43,541 bases of DNA from Candidatus Micrarchaeota archaeon (GTDB taxonomy: Archaea > Micrarchaeota > Micrarchaeia > Anstonellales > Bilamarchaeaceae): assembly GCA_030668565.1 (NCBI GenBank), contig DAOVFD010000001.1:1-43541 (forward strand). Reading direction: 5' to 3'. The notes beneath the pieces are model-generated. The model saw only the letters and a list, made by a program, of their open reading frames with translations, had not been told where the DNA came from and made no database searches. Positions 35,642 to 43,541 of the stretch are shown here, piece after piece. How positions within the stretch are numbered: position 1 is the stretch's first letter; each line of letters begins with the position of its first letter. The position numbers were made by a program, and so were the translations under genes.

Positions 35642-36477
35642 AAATCAATTTCTTTGGGAATGAGATAGAAGTTGGATGGAATCATGTATCTGTAGTTATA
35701 ATTGCAGTATTTCTTGCAGGAATTTTAACTGTAGGTCTTAATTTGCTTCTTGAACAAATAACTTATGTTAATGATATATATGGCCTGGATATCATACAAT
35801 ATATTGAATGGCTTAAAACAATAATTTTCTCAGTAACCATTCCAATATTTGCAGTAGTCCTATTTCTAATCGGAAAATATATGCTTAAGGGCATAGATAA
35901 AAACAAGATAAAATCATTATGCGCAGCTTATGCAATAGTATCATTTGCTGTACTGGTTATTCTAGCTCTAGTTTTACATATAATATTAAATTATGCGATA
36001 CTATATTACAGTGGATACTTTTTTACAGAGAGAATAATGGCCAGTATAACAAATACGCTAGAGATAATTACGGGTTCTGCTTTGTTATATTTATGGCTGG
36101 TTATTTTCAACGAATGGAACAGGAAAAAAATAACGAATGCGGTTAAGAATGCTCTTCGACTTGCAGCAATAACCTCAATATTAGTTTCAGTTTTCTGGTA
36201 TCTATATGCGTGGAATCTTAGATTAAGTTTGAATGATTTGGGAGTATACCATTCTATCCTCGCAAATTTCATATCACTGTCTTTCATGATAGTACCGGTA
36301 GTTTATTACCTGCTGGATAAAAAGACGATTGGAAATGTGGAATATTTCTTTGCAGGAATTTTTGTTTTGAACAGGATAATCGAATATATCATTGACCTTA
36401 ATATTTACGGAAGGTTGTTTGGATTAGTAGCACTGATTATAGTTTATATCTGGTGGGCTCAGCAAAAAAAGAAATAA
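35638..36477 (+). CDS. Multi-pass membrane protein, unknown function
   Basis: ATG 35638 forms an ATGA overlap with the upstream stop. This gives 279 aa starting MKINFFGNEIEVGW with many hydrophobic helices. The ORF-track extension to 35449 overlaps the previous gene. Confidence 0.65.
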   Translation: MKINFFGNEIEVGWNHVSVVIIAVFLAGILTVGLNLLLEQITYVNDIYGLDIIQYIEWLKTIIFSVTIPIFAVVLFLIGKYMLKGIDKNKIKSLCAAYAIVSFAVLVILALVLHIILNYAILYYSGYFFTERIMASITNTLEIITGSALLYLWLVIFNEWNRKKITNAVKNALRLAAITSILVSVFWYLYAWNLRLSLNDLGVYHSILANFISLSFMIVPVVYYLLDKKTIGNVEYFFAGIFVLNRIIEYIIDLNIYGRLFGLVALIIVYIWWAQQKKK

Positions 36478-37014
36478 CTAATAAATATCGCAAATCTTCT
36501 GAAGTTCTGCAACCGCATCTTCGAGTTTTCCCTGCCTGTTCATTATCACAACTGCTGGAGCTCCGGTAAATGCAGAATAGGCAGCAAGAAATGCCTTGTT
36601 CATCAAATCATGCAATGCAACATCATCAATATCCCTTTTCCTTGACGGGTCCCTGGTTCTTCTCTGCTCAATTTCCTTCGGGTCTGCAGTAATAAGAACA
36701 AGTGCATCAACTTTCAGGACTTTAAGGAATTCAAACGGAAGGCCGGGATAATAACCCCCGGGAGTATTCACAGAACAATGAGTGTCAAGAATTACCTTTC
36801 CTTCCTCTTTTGAAAGCTTTTCTGCAACAAGCTTCTGGACCTCTTTCTGTTTTTCAACAGGAAGCTTCCTCATCTCGTCCCTGTCCTTTATTCCGTATTT
36901 CTCCTTCTCGATTTCAAACATCAGGTCCCCGTAGTTAAGAATCCTGTAATCCGACTTTACCCCTTTAAGCACGGTGGTTTTTCCTGCACCGGGCAAACCC
37001 ATAACTATTATCAT
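36478..37014 (-). CDS. adkA: Archaeal-type adenylate kinase
   Basis: P-loop MGLPGAGKTT. Sits in the conserved position after secY. ATG 37014 follows GAGGT; the ORF-track TTG 37035 would overlap secY. Confidence 0.88.
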   Translation of the reverse strand: MIIVMGLPGAGKTTVLKGVKSDYRILNYGDLMFEIEKEKYGIKDRDEMRKLPVEKQKEVQKLVAEKLSKEEGKVILDTHCSVNTPGGYYPGLPFEFLKVLKVDALVLITADPKEIEQRRTRDPSRKRDIDDVALHDLMNKAFLAAYSAFTGAPAVVIMNRQGKLEDAVAELQKICDIY

Positions 37015-37024
37015 ATCTATTACC

Positions 37025-38506
37025 TCAGCTTGCAAGTTTTTTAAGCACCGGGAACAGTTCGAACATCTGCTGCTGTTCCATCTGTTCGTACATTCGGTAA
37101 AGGATACCTACAGTAAGAAGAATACCTGTTCCGGTTCCCAAAGCTCCTGTAAGGTCTGCTATCCCTGCAAGGAAACCCACAGAGAACGCACCAAGAACAG
37201 TAAGCGGATAAATATTTTTGTGCAGTATGCTTTCAAGCATCCTTGGATCTCTCCTGAATCCGGGAATCTGCAATCCGGAACTGCTGAGCTGGCCTGCAAC
37301 GCTTTTTGCATCCATGTTTGCTGTCTCTACCCAGAAAAGACCGAAAGCAAGTGACAGCAATGATAGTCCTATCACATAGACTATTGCATGCACCCATTCC
37401 GGAATACCGAATAAGGGAGTCACCGCATTTGTCATGAATTCAAAATGCGCAAGGGTTCCTCTTCCTGCATAAATCGGTGTGAAGAGATAGAGCAGCCCAT
37501 CGCGTAACTGGCCCTGTGAATCAACATAGCCCAGACTGTGGACTATGCCCGTAATGTCTATATCGGTGCCGGGAACTGTGAACTGGTCCCCCTGGAGGGC
37601 TGACCCGAACATCTGTATGTTAAGTATCAGCGCTGAAGCGAATATGACGGGTATGTTGGATACGTAGAAATATTTCAAAGGAAGTTTGGGTACAAGCCCC
37701 CTGACACGTTCAAATGCTATCGGTATCTCGACCTTTACCCCTTCGGCGTAAACAACAACAAGAAAGACAATAATAGTGAATAGGAATGGGGCTATGGAAA
37801 GGAGTGCATTAGGCAAAGCTTCCGCCCCGCCTTCCGACATGAGGTCAACCATCCCGGCAGGACCGAATATGAGTCCTGACAGACCGGTTATTACCGCAAA
37901 TGAGACACCCGCGGCTATGAAAAGGCTGACACCGCTTCCTATTCCGTATTTCGTAACCATTTCATCCAGATAGAGAATCACAATAGAACCAAACGCTATC
38001 TGCAGCACAACAAGAAACATGGTGAAAGGAGCGTGTAATGTCTGCGTGCCGTCAGCAAGCGTCACAATCCCTTCTCCAAGGTCTCCAAAGAGAGGGAATA
38101 ATCCTATTTTAAGAGTAACCACGAAGATTAAGCCTTCAAGAAATGCAAGAAGTATTGCAAGGACCTTCTGGGTTTCAAGGAATTTTTTCTTGTCATCCTT
38201 GTTTTTCATATCAAGATTGATGATTCCGGCACCGTTGAAAAGCTGCAGGAAAATGCTTGCGAACACGATAGGGCCGATACCTGCTGTAAGAATGCTTCCT
38301 ATGTTTGAAGCGGTTATTGTCTGAAGAAAATCAATACCCCCGGTGCTGTGGACCACACCGAGACAGGTGGTATTGTACATCATGAAGAACAGAAACAATG
38401 CCACACCGGTCCACATCAGCTTTTCCTTCCCGGTTACCGGGACGGCAGGGGCTTTTATCTCGGGTAGATACTTCGCAACAGAGTGAACCAAATCAAACAG
38501 ACCCAT
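37025..38506 (-). CDS. secY: Preprotein translocase subunit SecY
   Basis: 493 aa, ~10 TM helices, in the conserved L15-secY-adk position. AGGTGA SD upstream. Confidence 0.93.
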   Translation of the reverse strand: MGLFDLVHSVAKYLPEIKAPAVPVTGKEKLMWTGVALFLFFMMYNTTCLGVVHSTGGIDFLQTITASNIGSILTAGIGPIVFASIFLQLFNGAGIINLDMKNKDDKKKFLETQKVLAILLAFLEGLIFVVTLKIGLFPLFGDLGEGIVTLADGTQTLHAPFTMFLVVLQIAFGSIVILYLDEMVTKYGIGSGVSLFIAAGVSFAVITGLSGLIFGPAGMVDLMSEGGAEALPNALLSIAPFLFTIIVFLVVVYAEGVKVEIPIAFERVRGLVPKLPLKYFYVSNIPVIFASALILNIQMFGSALQGDQFTVPGTDIDITGIVHSLGYVDSQGQLRDGLLYLFTPIYAGRGTLAHFEFMTNAVTPLFGIPEWVHAIVYVIGLSLLSLAFGLFWVETANMDAKSVAGQLSSSGLQIPGFRRDPRMLESILHKNIYPLTVLGAFSVGFLAGIADLTGALGTGTGILLTVGILYRMYEQMEQQQMFELFPVLKKLAS

Positions 38507-38514
38507 TCAGTCAC

Positions 38515-38940
38515 CTATTTTTCAAGCTTCGATATTTCTCCGCCTGAAGCTTTTATTTTCTCTTCTGTTCTCTTGCTCCATTCCAAAGCTTTTATATTTA
38601 ACGGAACGGTGATCTTGCCTGTTGCAAGTATTTTTCCTTTGAACTCGAAAAGGTATTTATCTCCTTTTTTGTCAAGTTTTCCCAAAAGAGCGCACTGGTT
38701 TATATCAAAAAGATGTGCTACGTCTATTCTAGGTTTTTTTGCCGGATTTACAAAACCCCTCGCCGACCTTCCGAAATAATCCTTGTCATTTACAGCAAGC
38801 CAGGTTCCCTTGTGCTTGCAGAGTCCGGCCTTGCCGACCCCTCCCCTTGTGCCTGCACCTCTGCCTCTCTTGATATTGCCCCTTCCGTGGGACCTTAAAC
38901 CGAGATATTTTTTATTTCTCCTTTTTTTCCTTTTGACCAT
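38515..38940 (-). CDS. rpl15: 50S ribosomal protein L15 (uL15)
   Basis: 141 aa. N-terminal RSHGRGNIKRGRGAGTRGGVGKAG is typical of uL15; operon position fits. Confidence 0.9.
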   Translation of the reverse strand: MVKRKKRRNKKYLGLRSHGRGNIKRGRGAGTRGGVGKAGLCKHKGTWLAVNDKDYFGRSARGFVNPAKKPRIDVAHLFDINQCALLGKLDKKGDKYLFEFKGKILATGKITVPLNIKALEWSKRTEEKIKASGGEISKLEK

Positions 38941-39001
38941 ACACCTTCACCTTTACATCATCCCCCGAAACAACGTGTAGGGGGAGCTATGATGCGCAGC
39001 A

Positions 39002-39436
39002 TCACATCATCCTTCTAAGCAGCGAATTCATATCATCGCGCTTTCCGAGGTCTCCACGCGGGTATGCCCTCTTGATGTCTTTGTATCCCTTCCTGGGCGG
39101 ATGAAGCATGAAAACAGGGTCGCTTACATCTGAAACTTTGGTCTTTCCTCCAAAGATGCCCTTTGCCGCTTCCTTTATCCTGTCCTTTTCCATAAGTTCC
39201 TTCAGTTTTTTAGAGCCCTTCATTCCCCTTTTGTATATAAGCCTGAAAAGGGTCTCCTCGTCTATTTCACCGAAGGCAACATAGTCCTTCACCACTTTAA
39301 GCATTCCCATGTCCGGCTTTGAACCGGCTAATACCACACAGTGGTTTGGCCTGTTGAGCCTGAGAAGTTCAAGGGTTTTCCTTATCTTCGGGTTGATTTT
39401 TCTTATTCCACGAACACGAACAACTGCAATTTTCAT
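39002..39436 (-). CDS. rpl30: 50S ribosomal protein L30 (uL30)
   Basis: MKIAVVRVRGIRKINPKIRKTLELLRL is a typical uL30 N-terminus. ATG 39436 lies just after the S5 stop (39441). Confidence 0.9.
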   Translation of the reverse strand: MKIAVVRVRGIRKINPKIRKTLELLRLNRPNHCVVLAGSKPDMGMLKVVKDYVAFGEIDEETLFRLIYKRGMKGSKKLKELMEKDRIKEAAKGIFGGKTKVSDVSDPVFMLHPPRKGYKDIKRAYPRGDLGKRDDMNSLLRRMM

Positions 39437-39440
39437 ATTC

Positions 39441-40100
39441 TCACTCCGGGGAAGGCTTGAGCAGATTAAGAGCATCAAGAGCCTTTATGGCTGCCATTGC
39501 CATGTTATAGGTATTGGAGCCTCCGCTTGTGGAACTCCAGACATCCTTCACTCCCGCCATTCCAAGAACCTTTTTCACGATATCGTTTGAGGCAAGACCG
39601 AGTCCCCTGGGTGCGGATTTGATTGTAACGACCGTGCTTCCCTCCTTACCCTGGGTTTTCCTGGGCACGGAGTGAGGATTGGTGCATCTGCACTCCCAGC
39701 TTCCGCATCCCATCTTTACCGATATCATGTTCCTCTTCGCATTTTTGATTGCATAATCCATAGCTGGTTTTATCTCCTCGCTTTTGCCGACGCCCACGCC
39801 TACATGGCTTTTTTTGTCCCCTATCACGACCACGACCCTGAATTTTGTCTTCTTACCCGAATCCGTAACTCTTTGTGTCGTCCTGATTTCAAGCGTCTCT
39901 GATTCCATCTCAGGAAGAAGAAGGTCCACTATTTCAGGTTCAAGTATCGGTTTTCCAAGGTTGACTATTTCCTCAAAAGAGGTTATCTCCCCTGATTTGA
40001 CCTTCTCGCCGAGCTTTGTCCGGGGCTTCCATGATTCCCTGTCTATAGGTTTCAGTTTTTCCGTACCTCTTTTTTTTCTCCTGCCTGCCATAAAAATCAT
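39441..40100 (-). CDS. rps5: 30S ribosomal protein S5 (uS5)
   Basis: 219 aa. FRVVVVIGDKKSHVGVGVGKSEE and GLASNDIVKKVLGMAGVKDVWS match the uS5 domains. ATGA overlap with the L18 stop. Confidence 0.92.
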   Translation of the reverse strand: MIFMAGRRKKRGTEKLKPIDRESWKPRTKLGEKVKSGEITSFEEIVNLGKPILEPEIVDLLLPEMESETLEIRTTQRVTDSGKKTKFRVVVVIGDKKSHVGVGVGKSEEIKPAMDYAIKNAKRNMISVKMGCGSWECRCTNPHSVPRKTQGKEGSTVVTIKSAPRGLGLASNDIVKKVLGMAGVKDVWSSTSGGSNTYNMAMAAIKALDALNLLKPSPE

Positions 40101-40594
40101 CCTGCCAAAATCTTCTTTTTAACATCCTCAAATGCGGATTTCATGCTTTCCGGTGGATTTGCCAGCTTGTCTGAAGGAATTTTTTCCCCGTTGTAGGTTG
40201 ACTTCAAACCTGCATCGATTGCCCCCTGCAGTGCTGCAAAAAGCACAGAGCCTTTGGATGGGGTATGCATTCCAACATCAAGAATAAATTCCTTTACGCC
40301 TTTTTTGGAAATCTCTTTTCCTGCATAAAGTCCGGTAAGATAGGCACTCCACACATTTCTTTTGGAGGGCCATTTGAAAAGTTTTGAAAGTTTCCTGCCG
40401 GTTACAGTCAAAAGAGTCTTATCCCCCTCAGGTTCGAAAACAACAAAGGAAATGTCAACATACCTGTTACTCTTCCTCACAACCATTCTGGGCTTCTCGC
40501 TTTTTACAAGCGCAAGCCTTTTTTCATAATTGGTTCTCTTTTCCCTTCTTCTCCTGAATGGAACTTTATAAGTGGGACCTTTTGCTCGTGTCAT
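40097..40594 (-). CDS. rpl18: 50S ribosomal protein L18 (uL18)
   Basis: 165 aa. YKVPFRRRREKRTNY opening is typical of archaeal L18; operon position fits. Confidence 0.9.
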   Translation of the reverse strand: MTRAKGPTYKVPFRRRREKRTNYEKRLALVKSEKPRMVVRKSNRYVDISFVVFEPEGDKTLLTVTGRKLSKLFKWPSKRNVWSAYLTGLYAGKEISKKGVKEFILDVGMHTPSKGSVLFAALQGAIDAGLKSTYNGEKIPSDKLANPPESMKSAFEDVKKKILAG

Positions 40595-41190
40595 TTCTTC
40601 TCACCCTCTTTTTCCTCCTTCTTTTCCTCTTTTTTCTCCTCAGCTTTCTTTTCTTCCTTCTTTGGTTCTTCCTTTTTCTCTTCTTTTTTGGGTTCCTCCT
40701 TCAGCTTTTTCTTTTTTTCGGGCCTTGGTTTTGGTTTCTTTTTGGGAACATATTCCTCTTTTGGAAGTTCGAATTCCTCGGGAATCAGGTCGTTTTCCTT
40801 GAGATACGCAAGCATCGCCCTTTTGTTCCTGAATGTCCCGCTCTTGGCTTTCAGGTATATTGCCCGCTTCTCCTCTTTCGGAAGAACACCAAGTTCAAGA
40901 AGCTTCCTGATGAGTTTTCTCTGGGCCCTGATTTTCACCATCCAGTCTCTCTTTCTTTTTTTACCCCTTGCCCCCTTTATGCTTCCGGAACCTCTCTTCT
41001 TTCTCCTTTCTTTTTTCTTTCTTCCTTTCTTGGGCAGGGCCTTTATTGTGCCCTTGTCTATAAGAGCCTTGATATCCGCCCTTGTCATCGCACTCTTCAC
41101 TTCAGCGATGTTTTCGGAGTTTATCTTTATCCGGTTTTCACCGACATTAAGCATTTCGGCTGCAAGCCTTCTTACGGTATTAACTGCCAT
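40591..41190 (-). CDS. rpl19e: 50S ribosomal protein L19e with K/E-rich C-terminal extension
   Basis: MAVNTVRRLAAEMLNVGENRIKI matches the L19e N-terminus, so ATG 41190 is preferred over 41202. The last ~50 aa are a KKEE-type low-complexity tail. Confidence 0.9.
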   Translation of the reverse strand: MAVNTVRRLAAEMLNVGENRIKINSENIAEVKSAMTRADIKALIDKGTIKALPKKGRKKKERRKKRGSGSIKGARGKKRKRDWMVKIRAQRKLIRKLLELGVLPKEEKRAIYLKAKSGTFRNKRAMLAYLKENDLIPEEFELPKEEYVPKKKPKPRPEKKKKLKEEPKKEEKKEEPKKEEKKAEEKKEEKKEEKEGEKK

Positions 41191-41581
41191 GAGCACCACC
41201 ATCTTCCTTAAAGTTCAGAACCTTTATTCCGTACTCCTTTGCCTTCTTGGCTATAATGCCTCTCTTCCTCGCACCCAGTGCTGCTGCCATTCTTGCAACT
41301 GTGTCCTTTTTGTCCTTAAGCATCTCAATGTCCTTCAGGTTCCTCACCAGAACCTCCTTTCTCCCGTCCTTCCTCAGTCCTCTGGTCGACTTCCTGTTTC
41401 CGTAACCTGCCCTGGGATGTGCTCCTGCAAATTCGTACTTCCTTCTCTTTTTGTTTGCCGTGCCCCTGGGTTTTCTCCACCTCGGCTTTACTTTTTTCTT
41501 GTGACCAAGATTAAGGGGATTGAATTTCGGTTTTTTCTTTTTTCTTATTTTTTTCTTTTTCTTATCTTTTTTTGCGACCAT
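41180..41581 (-). CDS. rpl32e: 50S ribosomal protein L32e
   Basis: KPRWRKPRGTANKKR...GYGNRKSTRGL matches the L32e core. ATG 41581 lies 5 nt after AGGTGA. Polylysine N-terminus. Confidence 0.88.
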   Translation of the reverse strand: MVAKKDKKKKKIRKKKKPKFNPLNLGHKKKVKPRWRKPRGTANKKRRKYEFAGAHPRAGYGNRKSTRGLRKDGRKEVLVRNLKDIEMLKDKKDTVARMAAALGARKRGIIAKKAKEYGIKVLNFKEDGGAHGS

Positions 41582-41591
41582 TAGCTTCACC

Positions 41592-42086
41592 TTATTCTAT
41601 TGCCTCAAATATGCCATCCTGGAATATGCGAAGGTCTTTCCGTCTTATCCTCATTGCAGATTTCATGTTTGCGATTGTCTGGCCTACTGCCTCCTTGTCA
41701 AGTCCTGAAACAGTAACACTCTGTCCTTTGACTTCAACTTTCGTACCTCCCATTATCCTGGCCTTTCTCGGGTACTTTTCACCGATGAAATTATTTATCA
41801 GAATCTTATCGCCCTTGACTTCAAGAGTTACCGGGAAGTGAGAGTAAAGCACCTTGAGTTTTTTCTGGAATCCTTCGGTGACCCCTATGAACATGCTGTT
41901 GATAATCGATTCAACTGTTCCCACGTAGGCCTTTTCCTTTTCACTGCCCTGCACGACCAGCTCGTTGTCCTTTTTCTCTAATTTTACGACGGCCGAGAAT
42001 CTCTTTGTAACGCTGCCCTTCGGTCCTTTGGCGGTAACGTCCCTTCCGCTTATTTCAACCGTGACTCCTTCCAGAATTGCTACCAT
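41592..42086 (-). CDS. rpl6: 50S ribosomal protein L6 (uL6)
   Basis: Two-domain uL6 pattern (VTVEISGRDVTAKGPKG...; EVKGQSVTVSGLDKEAVGQ). ATG 42086 lies 6 nt after AGGTG. Confidence 0.9.
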   Translation of the reverse strand: MVAILEGVTVEISGRDVTAKGPKGSVTKRFSAVVKLEKKDNELVVQGSEKEKAYVGTVESIINSMFIGVTEGFQKKLKVLYSHFPVTLEVKGDKILINNFIGEKYPRKARIMGGTKVEVKGQSVTVSGLDKEAVGQTIANMKSAMRIRRKDLRIFQDGIFEAIE

Positions 42087-42095
42087 GATAAACAC

Positions 42096-42479
42096 CTAGT
42101 AAACGTAGGCGACCAGCCTTCCGCCTATCTTCTTCTCTTCCGCCTCGATGTTGGTCATTATCCCCTCTGAAGTTGAAACTATCAGAAGGCCTACTCCGAC
42201 ACCCGGGATGTACTGCTCTTCTTTTCTGGCCCATTCGTTTCTCTTTACAGGGAATCTCGGCTTTATTACACCACAGTCATTAATCCTCCCGTCAAGCTCT
42301 ATTTCGAACCATGCCTTCCTTCCGTCATCCATTTTCTTAAACTCCTTCAGGTATTTCTTTTCCTTAAGGACATTGAGCACTTCCCCAACTATCCTGCTGG
42401 ACCTGACAGTGCACGTTTCCTGTCCTGCAATTTCATGTGTTTTTATCGTGTTAAGAGCATCTGCAAGATGATCGACCAT
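42096..42479 (-). CDS. rps8: 30S ribosomal protein S8 (uS8)
   Basis: 127 aa. DHLADALNTIKTHE opening and C-terminal GGRLVAYVY are typical of uS8. Confidence 0.92.
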   Translation of the reverse strand: MVDHLADALNTIKTHEIAGQETCTVRSSRIVGEVLNVLKEKKYLKEFKKMDDGRKAWFEIELDGRINDCGVIKPRFPVKRNEWARKEEQYIPGVGVGLLIVSTSEGIMTNIEAEEKKIGGRLVAYVY

Positions 42480-42483
42480 TACA

Positions 42484-42666
42484 TCAACCTCCGTATTTCC
42501 TGAACCCCAGGGACTCCCCTATCTCCCTGAAACATCTTCTGCATATGTTGAGCCCGTATTTTCTTATCAGGCCCCTGGCAGTGCCGCAGTTCCTGCATAT
42601 TCTGGTTCCTTTTCCCTTATACCTGTCCTCATTACCAGCTTTCCTCTTTGATTTGTTTTCTCTCAT
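42484..42666 (-). CDS. rps14: 30S ribosomal protein S14 (uS14, zinc-binding type)
   Basis: CRNCG...CRRC zinc knuckle and short length. ATG 42666; alternative GTG 42675. Confidence 0.88.
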   Translation of the reverse strand: MRENKSKRKAGNEDRYKGKGTRICRNCGTARGLIRKYGLNICRRCFREIGESLGFRKYGG

Positions 42667-42671
42667 AAAAA

Positions 42672-43169
42672 TCACTCAATTTTTACCCCGAACCTGGTTT
42701 TCATGAACTCAACCGCCTCGTCCTTGGAAATCAAATGCTTCTTGCCTACCTTTGACTTTCTTATCCTTCTGACTGAAACCCTTTTTCCGGGTCTTTTAAG
42801 CGTGACACAAACATCGAAACCATACATCTCTATCCCAGGGTCGTATTTTGCCCCCGGGAAATCTATGTACTCCGCAACACCGAACGAGAAATTTCCGCTC
42901 CTGTCAAAATTTCTCCCATTAAGAACCTTCCTCTTTGCAGCAAGAGCCTTCTCAAGGAAACCTTCCGCTTCCTTCCCTCTCAGGGTAATCTTTGTTCCTA
43001 TTTCGAGTCCTTTTCTCAGCTTGAATGCAGGTTCTCTCCTCTTTGCATTGGTTTCTATTGCTTTCCTGCCGGTAAGTCTTTCTATGAGGGCTTTTGCATT
43101 GTCAAGCCGCTCCCCCGGCTGGCCTGTTCCGATATTTACCGTGACCTTTTCTATTAATATCTCTCTCAT
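42672..43169 (-). CDS. rpl5: 50S ribosomal protein L5 (uL5)
   Basis: 165 aa. [24 protein letters not shown] and GFDVCVT are typical of uL5. ATGA overlap with S4e. Confidence 0.92.
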   Translation of the reverse strand: MREILIEKVTVNIGTGQPGERLDNAKALIERLTGRKAIETNAKRREPAFKLRKGLEIGTKITLRGKEAEGFLEKALAAKRKVLNGRNFDRSGNFSFGVAEYIDFPGAKYDPGIEMYGFDVCVTLKRPGKRVSVRRIRKSKVGKKHLISKDEAVEFMKTRFGVKIE

Positions 43170-43541
43170 CCTTTCACCTCAAAATCCTTCCCGACGACCA
43201 TGAGGTAATCGAGGACCGTCTCGAAACTTCCGCTTTCGTCCTCAACGAGCGCTTCGGGTCTTTTCCCCCCTTTTCTCTTGAGTATCTCCCTTAGTTTTAC
43301 GACTTTTCCGGAGTGCTTTCCCTTTTCAACAAGACATCTCGCACCGGACTCCAGCTTAAGGTGTGAAGCCATTTCTGCTTTCGGAAGTTTTACAACAACG
43401 GTGTCGCCAACCTTAACGTTATTGTCAGCAATCATGTTTCTTCCGTCATGGAAGGTAAGCGTTATCTTTCCTCCCTTTGTGGTATGCTTCCTGACAACCT
43501 TGAGAATTTTGCTGTCTGTTTTCTTTGCATCAAGCTCGACA
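43166..43541 (-). CDS. rps4e: 30S ribosomal protein S4e (N-terminus outside window)
   Basis: The frame stays open to the window edge. KOW-like GDTVVVKLP and operon position upstream of L5. Confidence 0.85.
   Translation of the reverse strand, partial: VELDAKKTDSKILKVVRKHTTKGGKITLTFHDGRNMIADNNVKVGDTVVVKLPKAEMASHLKLESGARCLVEKGKHSGKVVKLREILKRKGGKRPEALVEDESGSFETVLDYLMVVGKDFEVKG

Noticed and set aside
38962-38984. Stem-loop CCCCC-N13-GGGGG between rpl30 and rpl15
   Set aside because: Only a 5-bp stem with a large loop inside a 61-nt operon spacer. That is insufficient to call an attenuator or protein-binding site.
40558-41584. Two long plus-strand ORFs (217 and 298 aa) opposite rpl18/rpl19e/rpl32e
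   Set aside because: They are antisense translations of K/E-rich coding sequence, giving F/L/S-rich pseudo-hydrophobic strings. The minus-strand genes have unmistakable ribosomal protein sequences.

Overview
Densely coded archaeal chromosomal window: about 50 genes, many with 1-4 nt overlaps. The archaeal call rests on ribosomal proteins S4e, L19e and L32e, plus Elp3, Fap7, Spt5, SecE/Sec61-gamma, an archaeal-type adenylate kinase and a tRNA with an anticodon-loop intron.

Right part (30.1-43.5 kb), housekeeping: ftsZ-secE-spt5, purC, a methyltransferase, serS and two membrane proteins. It ends with the minus-strand spc-type operon S4e-L5-S14-S8-L6-L32e-L19e-L18-S5-L30-L15-secY-adk.

Middle (25.2-30.1 kb): PadR-Fap7-ScpB, then a Fic gene bracketed by two copies of a 36-nt palindromic element next to an intron-containing tRNA-Ser(UGA). 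These are followed by glyA, a ~290-nt extremely AT-rich spacer, and a DUF2178-like membrane protein with an XRE regulator.

Left part: prs, elp3 and the most unusual content, a ~15.5 kb minus-strand run of 12 tightly coupled genes (21526 down to 6024). Its core is six mutually paralogous polytopic membrane proteins sharing three sequence signatures. They are followed by a 1281-aa cysteine-rich exported protein, a triple zinc-ribbon protein, a GNAT-like protein and an exported Lon-type (S16) protease domain protein with no ATPase. Two giant lysine-rich membrane-anchored proteins flank the block on the plus strand (1-3606, 22044-25205).

I recognise no characterised family for the six paralogues or the giant proteins. 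I flag the block as a candidate uncharacterised envelope/cell-surface machine; novelty cannot be confirmed without database searches.

Lysine-rich tails, gene compaction, and a mix of leaderless promoters (TATA ~27 nt from ATG) and AGGTGA Shine-Dalgarno sites fit a small-genome, possibly DPANN-like, archaeon. Lineage cannot be established from this window. No rRNA, CRISPR array, transposase or integrase was seen.
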